From Limnochordia bacterium (GTDB lineage Bacteria; Bacillota; Limnochordia; DTU080), in assembly GCA_050951545.1 (NCBI GenBank), contig JBMNJG010000003.1, positions 64,001 to 128,000 of the forward strand: a DNA stretch of 64,000 nt, in the 5' to 3' direction. A program made the translations under genes and the position numbers. The notes under the pieces were generated by a model. It was not told the DNA's origin, ran no database searches, and saw only the letters and a program-made list of their open reading frames with translations. This document shows positions 9,290 through 20,350 of this stretch, piece after piece; the first letter of the stretch is position 1; each line of letters begins with the position of its first letter.

Positions 9290-10960
9290 TTGGCTCGGAT
9301 CGTCATTGTCGGTGGAGTTGCAGGGGGCATGAGTGCTGCAGCGCGCCTGCGTAGGCTCGACGAATCAGCTGAGATCATCGTTTTTGAAAGAGGTCCGTTC
9401 GTCTCGTTCGCCAACTGTGGCCTTCCTTACTATGCCAGCGGGGTCATTCCCGAGCGCGATGAGCTCATCGTTGAGGATGCGCCATCCCTACGGGCCCAGT
9501 TGCTCCTGGACATCCGTACTGAGACAAACGTCGTATCGATCAATCGCACAGCCAAGACGATTGCTGTGGAGGATACCAATAGGCAACGCAGCGAGGAAGC
9601 CTATGACACGTTGATTCTCTCTCCGGGAGCCGCTGCGGTGCGACCACCCATCCCCGGTGTTGATGATAGCCGCATTCACACGATTCGGTCCATCCCGGAT
9701 ATTGATGCCCTGAAAAGCCGCCTCGACACAGGAAAGCTGCGAGAGGCAGTAGTGGTAGGCGGCGGATTCATCGGAGTGGAGATGGCTGACAATCTACTGC
9801 GAGCCAATGTCAAGGTACACCTGGTGGAAATGACCAACCAAGTGCTATCCAACATGCTCGATCCAGATATGGCTGCCTTCGCGCATGCGCACCTGCGCAG
9901 CAAGGGTCTTCATCTTCACTTTGGCTCACCAGTACATGAGTTCGTCGATCACGACGGTCAGCTTGCCGTCGTCTTGAGCAACGGCTCTTACCTGAAGGCC
10001 GATGCAGTGATCCTAGCCATCGGTGTGCGACCCGAAGTGAACCTGGCTGTAGCGGCCGGGTTGGCCTTGGGGCTCCGCGGAGGCATCGCTGTGGACGAGT
10101 ACCTGCGCACTTCAGATCCTCATATCTACGCCATAGGCGATGCCATCGAAGCACGAGATGTTGTGACGGGCTCTCAGACCCTCGTTGCCCTGGCTGGCCC
10201 TGCTAACAAGCAAGGCCGCCTTGTGGCGGACAATATCTATGGCCGCCGTGTCCCCTACAAGGGCACCCAAGGAACAGCGATAGTCGACGCCCTCGGTATG
10301 GTCGCTGCGGGAACAGGAGCCACTTCGGCAGCCTTGAAGCGAGCAGGGCTCCCCCATCTGGCATCCGTCATCCATGCTTACTCCAACGCCGCCTACTTCC
10401 CCGGTGCCACACCTCTGACCATCAAACTGCTTTTCGACCAGAAAGGGCGCATTCTTGGTGCTCAGGTTGTTGGGGAAAAAGGAGTTGACAAGCGAATCGA
10501 TGTTCTCGCCACCGCATTGCGGCTGGGAGCTACGGTCTACGATCTGCAAGAGCTCGAGCTGGCCTATGCACCGCAGTTTGGATCAGCAAAAGACCCCGTA
10601 AACATAGCCGGATATGTAGCAGGCAACATTCTGGCTGGTGATGTGACGACGGTGCAGGCCACACAGGTCCCTGACCTCGAGAACATCGCCACGTTTCTTG
10701 ATGTTCGCGAGCCTGAGGAGCATGCCCGAGGCTCTATCCCAGGGAGCCTGAACATCCCACTGGCCCAGCTCCGAGAACGCCTAAGCGAGATTCCCCGCGG
10801 GAAACCAGTAGTCGTCTACTGCCAGGTTGGACGACGGGCATACATCGCCTGTCGCGCGCTGAGACAGCTTGGCCTTGATGTCGCCAACCTCGCTGGCGGA
10901 TGGCGCTCCTACGCAGCGCTGAAGTCAGAAGAAAGCAGAGCCATGAGCCTAACACACTAG
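9290..10960 (+). CDS. CoA-disulfide reductase with C-terminal rhodanese domain (CoADR-RHD / persulfide reductase type)
   Basis: GGVAGG, SFANCGLPY, GGGFIG, ELAYAPQFGSAKDP, rhodanese YCQVGRR; TTG start after GGGAGGGG. Confidence 0.9.
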   Translation: MARIVIVGGVAGGMSAAARLRRLDESAEIIVFERGPFVSFANCGLPYYASGVIPERDELIVEDAPSLRAQLLLDIRTETNVVSINRTAKTIAVEDTNRQRSEEAYDTLILSPGAAAVRPPIPGVDDSRIHTIRSIPDIDALKSRLDTGKLREAVVVGGGFIGVEMADNLLRANVKVHLVEMTNQVLSNMLDPDMAAFAHAHLRSKGLHLHFGSPVHEFVDHDGQLAVVLSNGSYLKADAVILAIGVRPEVNLAVAAGLALGLRGGIAVDEYLRTSDPHIYAIGDAIEARDVVTGSQTLVALAGPANKQGRLVADNIYGRRVPYKGTQGTAIVDALGMVAAGTGATSAALKRAGLPHLASVIHAYSNAAYFPGATPLTIKLLFDQKGRILGAQVVGEKGVDKRIDVLATALRLGATVYDLQELELAYAPQFGSAKDPVNIAGYVAGNILAGDVTTVQATQVPDLENIATFLDVREPEEHARGSIPGSLNIPLAQLRERLSEIPRGKPVVVYCQVGRRAYIACRALRQLGLDVANLAGGWRSYAALKSEESRAMSLTH

Positions 10961-11086
10961 GACTCATCGAGAAGCGGTATGTGCCTGTTTCGGGCTGCTA
11001 GAGTCTTCCATCCCTCCACCGGGGAGGGATGGAAGACTATGGATCACGAAACACACGCGCTAGTTACTCGCATGTATTCTGGTACC

Positions 11087-13630
11087 TCAAAGCGTGTTGA
11101 TGCCGGAAATACCGAGAAGAAGGATGCTGGCGTCGGTTTCGTCGTTTCCAGAGCAGAGAATACTCGTAATCTCACGCTCGGGATGAGGGTTGACCCACTC
11201 GAAGCCGAGCGCCGTGACATCGCGCCCGTCGCTGGTCTTAGCCTGCAGCAGGGGATCACCCCAATAGGTCGCGATATAACCCTGATGGCGATAGTACTGC
11301 TGTGGCAGAGGATCGCCATACCGTCTGGTGTAGACGCAGATGTTCCCCGCATATTCGATAGGTATATCGACCTGTGAACCGTCTACATATCGCACCGTAT
11401 ACCGACCGACCTCGGTCAGCGGTTTCCATGCAACACGCGGAGCGTTGTTTTCGGTCGCGTGCAGGAAAACGAGCCTTTGGAATGAGGCAGACACGGGAAT
11501 CTCAACGGGTGCGCAGGACAACCTTTGCGCGTAGGTGAAATCGAAAGTGCAATCTTCCAGAACATTTGCAGAGTGCTTGAGAGCTTCTGCTACCGCAGCT
11601 GGCAGCCTTGGAGCAGAAGTGATGGGCAGTGCAACCGCCTCGGATCGCACGGGATGGTCGATCGGCTTGGCGATGCCACGCACTTCGTCGCGCAGACGAG
11701 GCATCCGTTTGGCAATCCATGCGGTATACACCTCGCGGGCGCGTGAGTCGTACTCTTCTGACCAGAGCATCTCAGCCGAATACATCACATCGAATATCTT
11801 TCCTTTTTTGGCGAGCGTATGTTCGTCGAAGCGGCACCAGGTGGAGACCTGTCCTCCGATGATACCCTCTTTGGCGATGCGTTGCTCATATCGCGGATAA
11901 TGGCTTGAATACATGTTCCCCATGATGACCTTATAGCCAAAGGGTAGAATGTTATCTTCCATATCAAGGTCAAAATGAAAATACCAGATGAAATCCAGCA
12001 TCACAATGTCCCGTGGCAGGCGTTCGATGGCCGTGTGGGTCTTATACCGCCGCTCCGTAGGGTGCAGCATGTCGCACCAGATCATCATTTTCAGGCCTTT
12101 TTTGGCCAGATAGTCGTGCATGCGCGTAACATGGAGTGCGTACAAATCAGCATGGTCTTGGTCGCGACAACGAGGACAGAGCCCTATCTGATAGATTTCG
12201 TCGTGCCCCATATGTACGTAACGCTCCGGGCCAACGACCTCCACAATCTCGTCGATGATGTCGTAGATGAGCTCGTAGCTCTTGTCATGCAGAGGGCAAT
12301 AGGAGTGGTGATAGTATGTGCTAGGTGGCTGGTCAGCGCTGCGGGTATCGAGCTTTTTGCTGTTTTCTACGCTTTCTGCCACCTCCGCTATTTCGGGGTG
12401 GGCATAGGTGATGTACTGGACATGCCCGAAGGACTGTACCTCCGGGATCACCTCAAAGCCGAAGCTTTTGCTATACTCTACAAACTCCCGCACCTCTTCT
12501 TTCTCAAGCAAACCCCCACCTGCCACCATCTCACCGTGCGGGAAGGCTGGCTGCGTACCCGCCTTGGCCGCGCGATTGCCACGCTCCCACGCCTCGCTGA
12601 TCTCCGGGTGTCTGTCAAACCGCATCCCACCAGCGAACTCAATGAATAAGGTGTTGTAGCGCATCGGAATCAACACATAGCGGATCAAGCGCCGCGCGAA
12701 AGCCAACTCCTCACGAGGAGGAAGCCCGAAATGGAAGCCACGCACGGGCACGCGGGGCTCGTCATCAATCTCGCAATATGGCAGCGCACCGTTAGAGGCC
12801 AGCTGGAGAGTGCTCTCAACAGCATACAGCAGACCAAGTCTACACGACGCGAACAACTCCACGCCGTCAGAGTTGACGCGGACGCGGTAGCCCTCGGAGG
12901 GGATACTGTCATCCAACCCGATGGAGACAGAGCCCTTCTGGGAAGGGATAACGGGTATGTCGATGCCGAAATACTCTGCAAAACGCTCCCGTAAATACGA
13001 CGCGGCAAATGTCGCATCGGTTGACGATTCGAGTGCTGCAATGGATTCTAGTGCGGCAAGAGGGTAATGGCCAACATAGTACCGGATATCCGCGGGTGTT
13101 GGGTAGATGTCCGGTTCGTCGGAATCTGCACCAATGAGGACCAGGTCTTCTACGACGATGTCTTTAAGGTCGGCCTGAAAACGAACAACAATCACCGCCG
13201 CCCGGACTCCGATGGGAATCGTGAGTTCTCCACTCAACAGTCCGCCGGTCTGTGCGTCATAGCGGCCCACGCAAGAAAGCTCGTCTTCGACAAGAGAGAA
13301 GACTTCAACAGATCCTACAGCGGAACGATCAGCAAGCTTTAGGCAGACCGCTCCGACAAAGACCTCCCTGCCTAGACTGAAGCGGATATCAACACCAGTG
13401 TCCATCAGCGAGCTCCACTTCCAGCCGACGGGGGATCCAGTACCAAGGCTACCACTGCCGAACGGTATTTCGCCCGTATCGGCACCGCCTGAATCAAAGG
13501 CCAGATCGGGTGGAAAAGGGGTAAGTGTTCCCCGATGGAAAAACCTATAGCTCCCTGTGAGATTGGTGCGGTCCATGTTCAATTGGCCGATATACATATC
13601 TGCGTGTCGGTCGATTCGGCGCACGACCAA
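11087..13630 (-). CDS. Glycoside hydrolase family 20 (beta-N-acetylhexosaminidase-like)
   Basis: GH20b domain (EGYRVRV..IDDEPRVPVRGFH), IPEVQSFGH, catalytic HMGHDE; no signal peptide. Confidence 0.82.
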   Translation of the reverse strand: MVVRRIDRHADMYIGQLNMDRTNLTGSYRFFHRGTLTPFPPDLAFDSGGADTGEIPFGSGSLGTGSPVGWKWSSLMDTGVDIRFSLGREVFVGAVCLKLADRSAVGSVEVFSLVEDELSCVGRYDAQTGGLLSGELTIPIGVRAAVIVVRFQADLKDIVVEDLVLIGADSDEPDIYPTPADIRYYVGHYPLAALESIAALESSTDATFAASYLRERFAEYFGIDIPVIPSQKGSVSIGLDDSIPSEGYRVRVNSDGVELFASCRLGLLYAVESTLQLASNGALPYCEIDDEPRVPVRGFHFGLPPREELAFARRLIRYVLIPMRYNTLFIEFAGGMRFDRHPEISEAWERGNRAAKAGTQPAFPHGEMVAGGGLLEKEEVREFVEYSKSFGFEVIPEVQSFGHVQYITYAHPEIAEVAESVENSKKLDTRSADQPPSTYYHHSYCPLHDKSYELIYDIIDEIVEVVGPERYVHMGHDEIYQIGLCPRCRDQDHADLYALHVTRMHDYLAKKGLKMMIWCDMLHPTERRYKTHTAIERLPRDIVMLDFIWYFHFDLDMEDNILPFGYKVIMGNMYSSHYPRYEQRIAKEGIIGGQVSTWCRFDEHTLAKKGKIFDVMYSAEMLWSEEYDSRAREVYTAWIAKRMPRLRDEVRGIAKPIDHPVRSEAVALPITSAPRLPAAVAEALKHSANVLEDCTFDFTYAQRLSCAPVEIPVSASFQRLVFLHATENNAPRVAWKPLTEVGRYTVRYVDGSQVDIPIEYAGNICVYTRRYGDPLPQQYYRHQGYIATYWGDPLLQAKTSDGRDVTALGFEWVNPHPEREITSILCSGNDETDASILLLGISGINTL

Positions 13631-13786
13631 ACCAACCTAATCCTCCCTCATTGTCTAGTGATCATACTTCTCGCCACTTGTGGCGTTCCTATCCATGCCT
13701 CTTTGTTTCCCCTTTCTCCTCGGTTCCCCTGCACTTCCACGCGTTGATAATAGACATGATCACATCGCCAGTCCACCTGCTGTAGA

Positions 13787-13836
13787 ATCGGGCAGGAGCG
13801 GGGTCCCCCCGTTGGCCGCCCACACCACCCAGCATG
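13787..13836 (-). ncRNA. Probable relic of group II intron 3' end (3' half of domain V plus domain VI)
   Basis: Minus strand CATGCTGGGTGGTGTGGG...CCTGCCCGAT resembles DV/DVI termini of bacterial group II introns; no RT gene nearby. Confidence 0.45.
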
Positions 13837-13937
13837 AGATATGCGCCCTCTCTCTTTTTGGAAGCAGAAAAAGCACAGTTTGGCAATCTAGAATAGGGGG
13901 TTAGCGCGCCAACATTCATGATATGTCGAGACCAAAG

Positions 13938-15157
13938 ATCAAGTCCTAGTTGTTGGTGCAAAATCGTTCCCTAGTAAGGTGGCTGTTAATCAGGCTGCTT
14001 TTGCTTCCTGAATCGCAGCTTTGCTCTGCTTTTCGTCCTCTTGCTGTGCCTTCCATGTCCAGTAGTCTTTCATGTCGAAATATCGGTGCCCGGTCATCCA
14101 CTGTTCGTCTTGTTCCATCAGGACGGCTCCTTGCAGTCGGAACGCTGAGTCGACGTTAGGGAAGATACGAATCACGCGTTCTCGACGACGTACTTCCTCG
14201 TTCAGCCTCTCCACAGCGTTAGTGCTCCTTAGGCACCTGCGATAGCGCAGGGGGCAAGGCCAGGACGGCCATGGTGTCCTCGAAACCCTCTTCTAGGCAC
14301 TCCGCCACCCTTGGTGCTACCGCTATGTACTCCTAAAAAATCTCGCGCAGATGCCGTCTGGCCGTTCTCATATCGAGGTGACCAGGTCGACGCCAGACAG
14401 TCCACGCTCCTTGAGCCAGCCAAAAAAGTCCGACCAGCTATCCTCAGATTCACTGTCCCCGATCTGAAAGCCGAGGATCTCCCGATGGCCCTCAGCACTC
14501 ACCCCGACTGCTATGAGGCAGCACTGAGACTGCACACGGCCATCTATACGCACTTTGACATACATGCCGTCGACCAAGACAAAGGGGTGGAGTTGACCCG
14601 ACAGGTTTCGGTCGTTCCAGCTCCAGACGAGGGGATCCAGTTGCTTGCATAGCTCCGACACTGTCGACTTCGAGAAGCTGGTGCCGCATAGCTCCTCGGT
14701 GGTACGCTGCACCTTCCGCGTGGAGACGCCGTTGATGACCATCTCCATCCAACGGCTTGCTCACTACGCTAGTAACGCTCAAACAGCTCTGTGGACAAGC
14801 TGCCACTCCGCACAGGCGCGGGACCTGAAGCTCCTGCCGTCCCACTCGCGTTTTCATACTCCTCGGTCGGTACCCGTTACGGTATCCCAGTCGATCCTCG
14901 GTACGCTCGTAGGGTGCCGCCCCGAGCTGTTCAGTGGCCTGCACGTTCAGCACCTGGTTCAGCTCCACAAGCTTCGCCATACCCTCTCCTCCAGGAAAAA
15001 GCACTGCAGGATCTCGCCATTCACGGTAATCTGCTACTGGGCCATCGTCTTCCTCCTTAGCTGACTTCTAGTCAATCTCACCCTTACCAGAGGAACGATC
15101 GCCCTTCCTGCTACAGCGGGGCCGCTATGCTTTTTACACCATCTTACCGAACGCTAC
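13938..15157 (-). mobile_element. Degenerate IS256-family insertion sequence
   Basis: Transposase pieces (APYERTEDRLGYRNGYR; EMVINGVSTRKV; ERLNEEVRRRERVIRIFPN); stop at codon 4 and several frameshifts or deletions; IS256-type ends GTAGCGTTCGGTAAGATGGTGTAAA and TTTGCACCAACAACTAGGACTTGATC. Confidence 0.85.
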
Positions 15158-15203
15158 TTGCCGAGAGGTCTTATGCTTCTTTTTCATGGCAATGGCACTC
15201 AAG

Positions 15204-15590
15204 CTACTGCGCCCTTGATGCCCACGCCCTATCCAGATCCGCTTGGTACCGACTGTTGATGCGGTTGATGGCTTCATGTAGGTCAATCTGGCCCCATAGA
15301 CCCCGTAGGAGGAGTTCGCTTTCGGCTTGTATAACCCCGGCCATACCCGTGGGGGCACCGACGCTATAGTGGTCTAGCACCTGATACCAGTCTTTCATGT
15401 AGGGCGCTGCCTTGGTGAGGCCTGCGGCCACGTCATGCCTGCTGGGAAGGCTCTGGGTGTAGAGGTGATAGGCTACCGTGTTTTCAGGTTCCAGAAGCCA
15501 CTTGATCAGCTCCCACGCTACGGCAGGGTCGCGAGTGGAATGCACTATACCTATGAGCTTATAGTACGCAGGGGCCTTTGGTACCGAACC
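15204..15590 (-). pseudogene. C-terminal fragment of sugar ABC substrate-binding protein
   Basis: STRDPAVAWELIKWLL...SLPSR; no N-terminus. Confidence 0.65.
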
Positions 15591-15679
15591 AGGATAGCGG
15601 CTGGGTGCCTGATCAGACCGTGCAATCGAATTTGCCCAAATCGATGCTAACCAGTCTTCCGTTCAACACGTTTCGAGTG

Positions 15680-16741
15680 TCAATGTAATCGGGTGGGCCG
15701 TGCCCCCTTGCGGGATAGGGCCGTTAAGCGGCGGTAGTCCGGTGCAAGCAAGGGGTCAATACGGACTGCTTCGCTGTCAACCTCTGCGCCTTGGATGTCG
15801 TGCAGACGCCTTTCAATGACCATGAGCGTGGGCCGATTTGGCAAAACTCCGGTGAGCACGTAGCGGTTGTGTATCGGGTCGCCTACGATATCTAGCCCGC
15901 CGAGCCAGCGCTGGGTCTGATCGCCAGAAAAAAGTACCTCATAGGCCACGGATTCCATGAATTGCTGTCGCCCAAGGGCTCCTAGCCAACCCAGCATTCC
16001 GGTATGGCAGAAAGCCCATAAAGCATAGATCGGGATAGCGAAGATAATCATGAAAGGCCAAGCTAGTATGTCATAAAAGAAGGCAGCATCGATCGATCCC
16101 ATGCCCGCCCACACCAAGAAGCTGAAGACCAACGGCATTACGAACTCGTCGACATAAAATCCGAAGTTCGACTGCCCAGCGAAAGCAAATCCTGTCTCAA
16201 TAGCCTCCGGCCAGCGGGCGCGTATCTTTTGTCTCAGCAATCCTGCCGCTGACCCTAATACCGTGTAGATCAGCAGAGCATTCGCTTTGGCCGCCAAAGA
16301 CCAATCCGTCAGCTGCACGAAGCGCCGTAGGATATAGACATACAAGACAAACGTCGTAACCAGCCCCGCCGCTACCCCACTCCAAGCAACTGAGTGTCTG
16401 TCGCAATATCTGAGGCGCAAAGCCGGGGATAACGCCACGTACATTTTGCTTTCGTCTTTCCCGACCACCGCGGTTCTTCTGCCATGCGTCATGAAAACAG
16501 CTAGTACGGCTATTCCCCATATCCCATGCAATGAGCCCTGCCAGACCCCTGGAGTTATAGCCATGAATGCCACCAAATAGACGATGTCCCGCGTCATCGC
16601 GGGGGGGTATCGTTTTTCCCGGGTCCACGCAAAAGCATGAGCAAACACCTTATACCACAGGACAGTGACAATGAGTAACACGGGACCATAAAGGATGCTC
16701 AAATAAGGGCCGGTCAACCATCTATATCTGGTTTCAGACAT
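15680..16741 (-). CDS. Hypothetical multi-pass membrane protein, possible BON-like C-terminus
   Basis: 353-aa ORF with ~7 hydrophobic segments; RBS AAAGGAGG. Confidence 0.65.
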   Translation of the reverse strand: MSETRYRWLTGPYLSILYGPVLLIVTVLWYKVFAHAFAWTREKRYPPAMTRDIVYLVAFMAITPGVWQGSLHGIWGIAVLAVFMTHGRRTAVVGKDESKMYVALSPALRLRYCDRHSVAWSGVAAGLVTTFVLYVYILRRFVQLTDWSLAAKANALLIYTVLGSAAGLLRQKIRARWPEAIETGFAFAGQSNFGFYVDEFVMPLVFSFLVWAGMGSIDAAFFYDILAWPFMIIFAIPIYALWAFCHTGMLGWLGALGRQQFMESVAYEVLFSGDQTQRWLGGLDIVGDPIHNRYVLTGVLPNRPTLMVIERRLHDIQGAEVDSEAVRIDPLLAPDYRRLTALSRKGARPTRLH

Positions 16742-16865
16742 GGGGGGCCTCCTTTGGGCACTTTGCCCCCGACACCGTTAACGGTACGGATGGGCTCCGA
16801 GCTGATCGAGCACCCGCAAAGCCGCACGGGTCGCCCAAAAAGCGTTCTCTCCTGTTGCGAGGAAT

Positions 16866-17201
16866 CGCTGCCACGAGATGCCCTGGAAGTGCCGCTGGGC
16901 GGCCTTGACCAGGCCCTAGTGGTTGTCAGAGGTGACCAGATCGACACCAGACAAGCCACGCCCCTTGAGCCAGCTGAAGAACTCTGACCAGCTGTCCTCA
17001 GACTCGCTGTCGCCGATCTGGAAGCCAAGAATCTCCCGATAGCCCTCGGCGTTCACCCGACTGCTATGAGGCAGCACTGAGACCGCACACGGTCATTCAC
17101 GCGCACTTTGACATACCTGCCGTCCACCAAGACGAAGGGGTAGGCTTGTCCCGAAAGATCTCTCTCATTCCAGCCCTGGGCGATCGGATCCAGTTGCTTG
17201 C
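16866..17201 (-). pseudogene. Internal fragment of a second IS256 transposase
   Basis: Closely similar to 14380-14650 (KQLDPIAQGWNERDL...GDSESEDSW...VTSDNH*GL) with an in-frame stop. Confidence 0.8.
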
Positions 17202-17305
17202 AGCCATACGGTCTTCGGTAAGATTTGCTCGTGGGTTGACACGCGACCATCGCAGGCTGAGCACGCCGCGTTGATGTCTTAAGAAAACAGGGCCATCAGC
17301 CTAAG

Positions 17306-18466
17306 TCACTGAGATTCATCGAGGAAATGCACGGCATCGGCAACGATCGACGCCGCTTCGCGGATGCTACCCAGATCCACCCACTCATCGGCGGTATGGG
17401 CCTGTTTCAGGCTTCCAGGTCCGAAGACCAAGCTCGGGATGCCAGCGGCAGCCATCTTGCTGGCATCCGTACCGCAGGCGATACCCGCCGGGTCCGAAAG
17501 CAGACCGCGCCTAGCTAACGCTTTCTGTACTGCTACCACTACAGGAGCCCCTAACTCCACCGCGAAAGCGGGGTCGACAACCAGAGTTCGACCCCGGCGC
17601 CATGGTTTGCCCGCCTGTCGGTGGTTCTCCATCCAGGTATCGACCAAATCCAATACGCTGTCCGCATCTTCCCCAGGCACGAGACGCCGGTCCACAACGA
17701 CCCAGCACTCACCCGGCACAGTGTTCACTCCACTGCCGCCACGAATCACTGTTGGCGTCCACGTAGCTTCGCCAGTAAGCGGATGCCCATGCAGGCTTGT
17801 CTGCTCTCCGAACATCTCACTGAACTCCCCGAGCAGCTGCAGCATTTCGAGGATAGCGTTGTGGCCCAGTTCCGGAGTCGAACTGTGACAGGCCAAGCCG
17901 TCGGCCACCAGTTCGAAGCGTACCGCTCCCTTGTGAGCCACTACGGGACGCAACTCAGTGGGTTCCCCTACGATGCAAGCATCGAATTTGTGCTTGCTGC
18001 TCAACCATGAGGATCCCGCACAGCCTGACTCCTCATCAATCGTGCCGCAGAGAAACACGTCGGTCTTCGTGCCACCTGTAGCCCGAAGGAGCTCCATGGC
18101 CATGATAAAGCTAACCATACTGGCCTTGGTATCGCAGCTCCCGCGGCCCACGAAGCGCTGACCTCGACGCTCTCCCCATGGGGGAACAACCATGTCGGTC
18201 ACTTGAACCGTGTCAAGATGACTCAGCAACACGACACGCTTGTCGCCATCTCTACCCGCCAGACGCGCCATGAGGTTAGGCCTGCCGGGTAGGACCTCCT
18301 CAAGCCAGGCCTCGAAGCCTCGATCCAACAGGTAATCCCTTAGCCACTGGCTATAGCGTGCTTCCCCAAACCACGACGGGTCATCTCCTGCCCTCTGGAA
18401 TGCAGGGTTTACGCTTGGAAGACCTACGAGCTGCGCGAGAAGCTCGGCTGCTGCTTCATCCGTCAC
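17306..18466 (-). CDS. M20 metallopeptidase (ArgE/DapE-like deacylase)
   Basis: SHLDTV, GRGSCDTK, DEE, GEPT, AHTADE. Confidence 0.88.
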   Translation of the reverse strand: MTDEAAAELLAQLVGLPSVNPAFQRAGDDPSWFGEARYSQWLRDYLLDRGFEAWLEEVLPGRPNLMARLAGRDGDKRVVLLSHLDTVQVTDMVVPPWGERRGQRFVGRGSCDTKASMVSFIMAMELLRATGGTKTDVFLCGTIDEESGCAGSSWLSSKHKFDACIVGEPTELRPVVAHKGAVRFELVADGLACHSSTPELGHNAILEMLQLLGEFSEMFGEQTSLHGHPLTGEATWTPTVIRGGSGVNTVPGECWVVVDRRLVPGEDADSVLDLVDTWMENHRQAGKPWRRGRTLVVDPAFAVELGAPVVVAVQKALARRGLLSDPAGIACGTDASKMAAAGIPSLVFGPGSLKQAHTADEWVDLGSIREAASIVADAVHFLDESQ

Positions 18467-18517
18467 GTCGACCGTCCTCCCTTGAGCGCCGCATTGCCGC
18501 CTCGCCCTATTCGTATG

Positions 18518-20272
18518 CTACTGCTCGTCACGCAGCGACTCGGCCAAGATGGCCTCGATGTGGTCTGCCACCTGCCGACGGAGAATCTTGAGGGCGCCGA
18601 GAGGGTGCTCAGCGTTCATCGCCCGCACGATAGCCGCCTGGTAGCCTCTTCTCCCCGCCAGGGGCTCTTGCGGCCACCAAGAGCTCCTGAGCTCCTCGAG
18701 GTAGTGTCGGGCCGCTGCACACGCCACAGGAGCACTCTCCCCTCTCTCTTGCATCAGCTGCTCCAACGTGGCCAGATAGCGCAGATCATCGCCACCCTCA
18801 CGATAGGCCTCCCAATGCCGCGTGGACAGAAGGCTCCCATCTCTTGGGTCAATGAAAGCCATACCCATGGTCCCGGAGGCGCCATCCGTATCGTCAAAGA
18901 GGTCTCCCTTCGGCTCAGAGTACGCCCAAATGGCGTGCAATTCGTAGGGCGATAGCCACAAGTAGATACCGTTAATGATACGCATCCAACGGGGATCCAT
19001 CTCCACCTCCTCGGCATTGTAGTACAGCCAGAGCCGATCACCCTCGGGATTCATGTACTCCGCAAGATCGTCAAACGTTCGACCCTTTGCCAACCAAGCA
19101 TCAGCAGCTGCCCCGTGGTAGTTACGTATATGAACCAAAGGGTCGACCCATTGCATCAATGTCTCATCTTCGTGAGGATAAAAGGTGATATAGAACTTCA
19201 GCCCGTCTATCCCTACCGTGGGACGGGTCAAGAGCTCATACCGCTCGCGGACCTCTGTCTTGAAAACCTCATCAAGATGCTGGAGCACGATCTCCACGCC
19301 AAGCTCTTCTTCAAGCTCAATGAGGGCGGTACCAAGGTCCCCGAGAACGCGCTGATACAGCTCCAGCCGTTGCGGTTGTGGTAGGCCATCCAACTGATTC
19401 CACAAACCCGCGAAACCGCTATGCACTACGTAGGGCCCTTCAAAGCCATATTCGCGCATCTCCTCTATCACAGTGCGCACATCAAGAAAATCGGGGACAA
19501 ACCGAAACTCGCCGTCGACCCGCCGAACTCGGTACGTTAGGCTTGGACGGATGATAGCATGCCGCAACCCGTGATCCCGCATATCCTGAAAGTCCCGTCG
19601 CCTCTGCTCAGACGAGCGTGCCCCATAGTTTCTATAGTAGATACTGAGACGCTTCTCGCTATTGCGGAGAGTGAACGGCAGGACCTCCACCCGAATAGGC
19701 AGGCGACACTCACCTTGATGATCAGCAGTCACGCTTACGTGACCTATGTATTCCCCGGCAGCGGCATCTTCCGGCACCTTGACGGTTAGCCAGATCTGTT
19801 TCATCTGCCCCTCGCACAAGCTGAACGGCCGATACGCCTCGAGATAAAAGGGATCGGGTACAAGATTCTCCGAGCGAGGTGTGGCAGAGTAACGCCAGCG
19901 GCGTGCCATCCAGCGAACGCAGCGCATCTCGACGTTCTCAAACGCAATCGCTTGCCCCGACGAACGCAGATCAGTCACGCGCACCTCAACCTGATCCAGG
20001 TCCTGCTGCGCGTAGATGACGAAACTCAAGGGCTCATACTCACCTGGTGTGGCAGATGCAGATAGCTGGTCCGATGCTGATCGCGGCAAACAGTCAGGCC
20101 TTACGTTCTCCATGTGGTCGATGGCCACCAAAGTGAAGGCCTGCGGCGGAAGGGAAAAGCTGTACGCCTCAAGTGCCTGATTCTCAGCTCCCCAAGCCCC
20201 TCCCGACCACACAAGAAGAGCGAAGACAAGAAAGCAGACGGCCACCACGCCTTGTCCTCCAAGACCGTGCAT
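18518..20272 (-). CDS. Secreted DUF4091/GH123-like putative glycoside hydrolase
   Basis: Signal peptide, ATPGEYEPLSFVI, IWLTVKVPEDAAAGEY, C-terminal STRHWEAYREGGDDLRYL. Confidence 0.65.
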   Translation of the reverse strand: MHGLGGQGVVAVCFLVFALLVWSGGAWGAENQALEAYSFSLPPQAFTLVAIDHMENVRPDCLPRSASDQLSASATPGEYEPLSFVIYAQQDLDQVEVRVTDLRSSGQAIAFENVEMRCVRWMARRWRYSATPRSENLVPDPFYLEAYRPFSLCEGQMKQIWLTVKVPEDAAAGEYIGHVSVTADHQGECRLPIRVEVLPFTLRNSEKRLSIYYRNYGARSSEQRRRDFQDMRDHGLRHAIIRPSLTYRVRRVDGEFRFVPDFLDVRTVIEEMREYGFEGPYVVHSGFAGLWNQLDGLPQPQRLELYQRVLGDLGTALIELEEELGVEIVLQHLDEVFKTEVRERYELLTRPTVGIDGLKFYITFYPHEDETLMQWVDPLVHIRNYHGAAADAWLAKGRTFDDLAEYMNPEGDRLWLYYNAEEVEMDPRWMRIINGIYLWLSPYELHAIWAYSEPKGDLFDDTDGASGTMGMAFIDPRDGSLLSTRHWEAYREGGDDLRYLATLEQLMQERGESAPVACAAARHYLEELRSSWWPQEPLAGRRGYQAAIVRAMNAEHPLGALKILRRQVADHIEAILAESLRDEQ

Positions 20273-20350
20273 TGTTGATACTCCCTTCCATCAACCCTTG
20301 ACGCTCGGCGCGATGATGGCCTCCGAGTGGCCACCACCACATGATGCAGG

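Noticed and set aside
13938-17201. Composite transposon formed by the two IS256 pieces
   Set aside because: The second piece is an internal fragment without ends, and no flanking target duplication was found.
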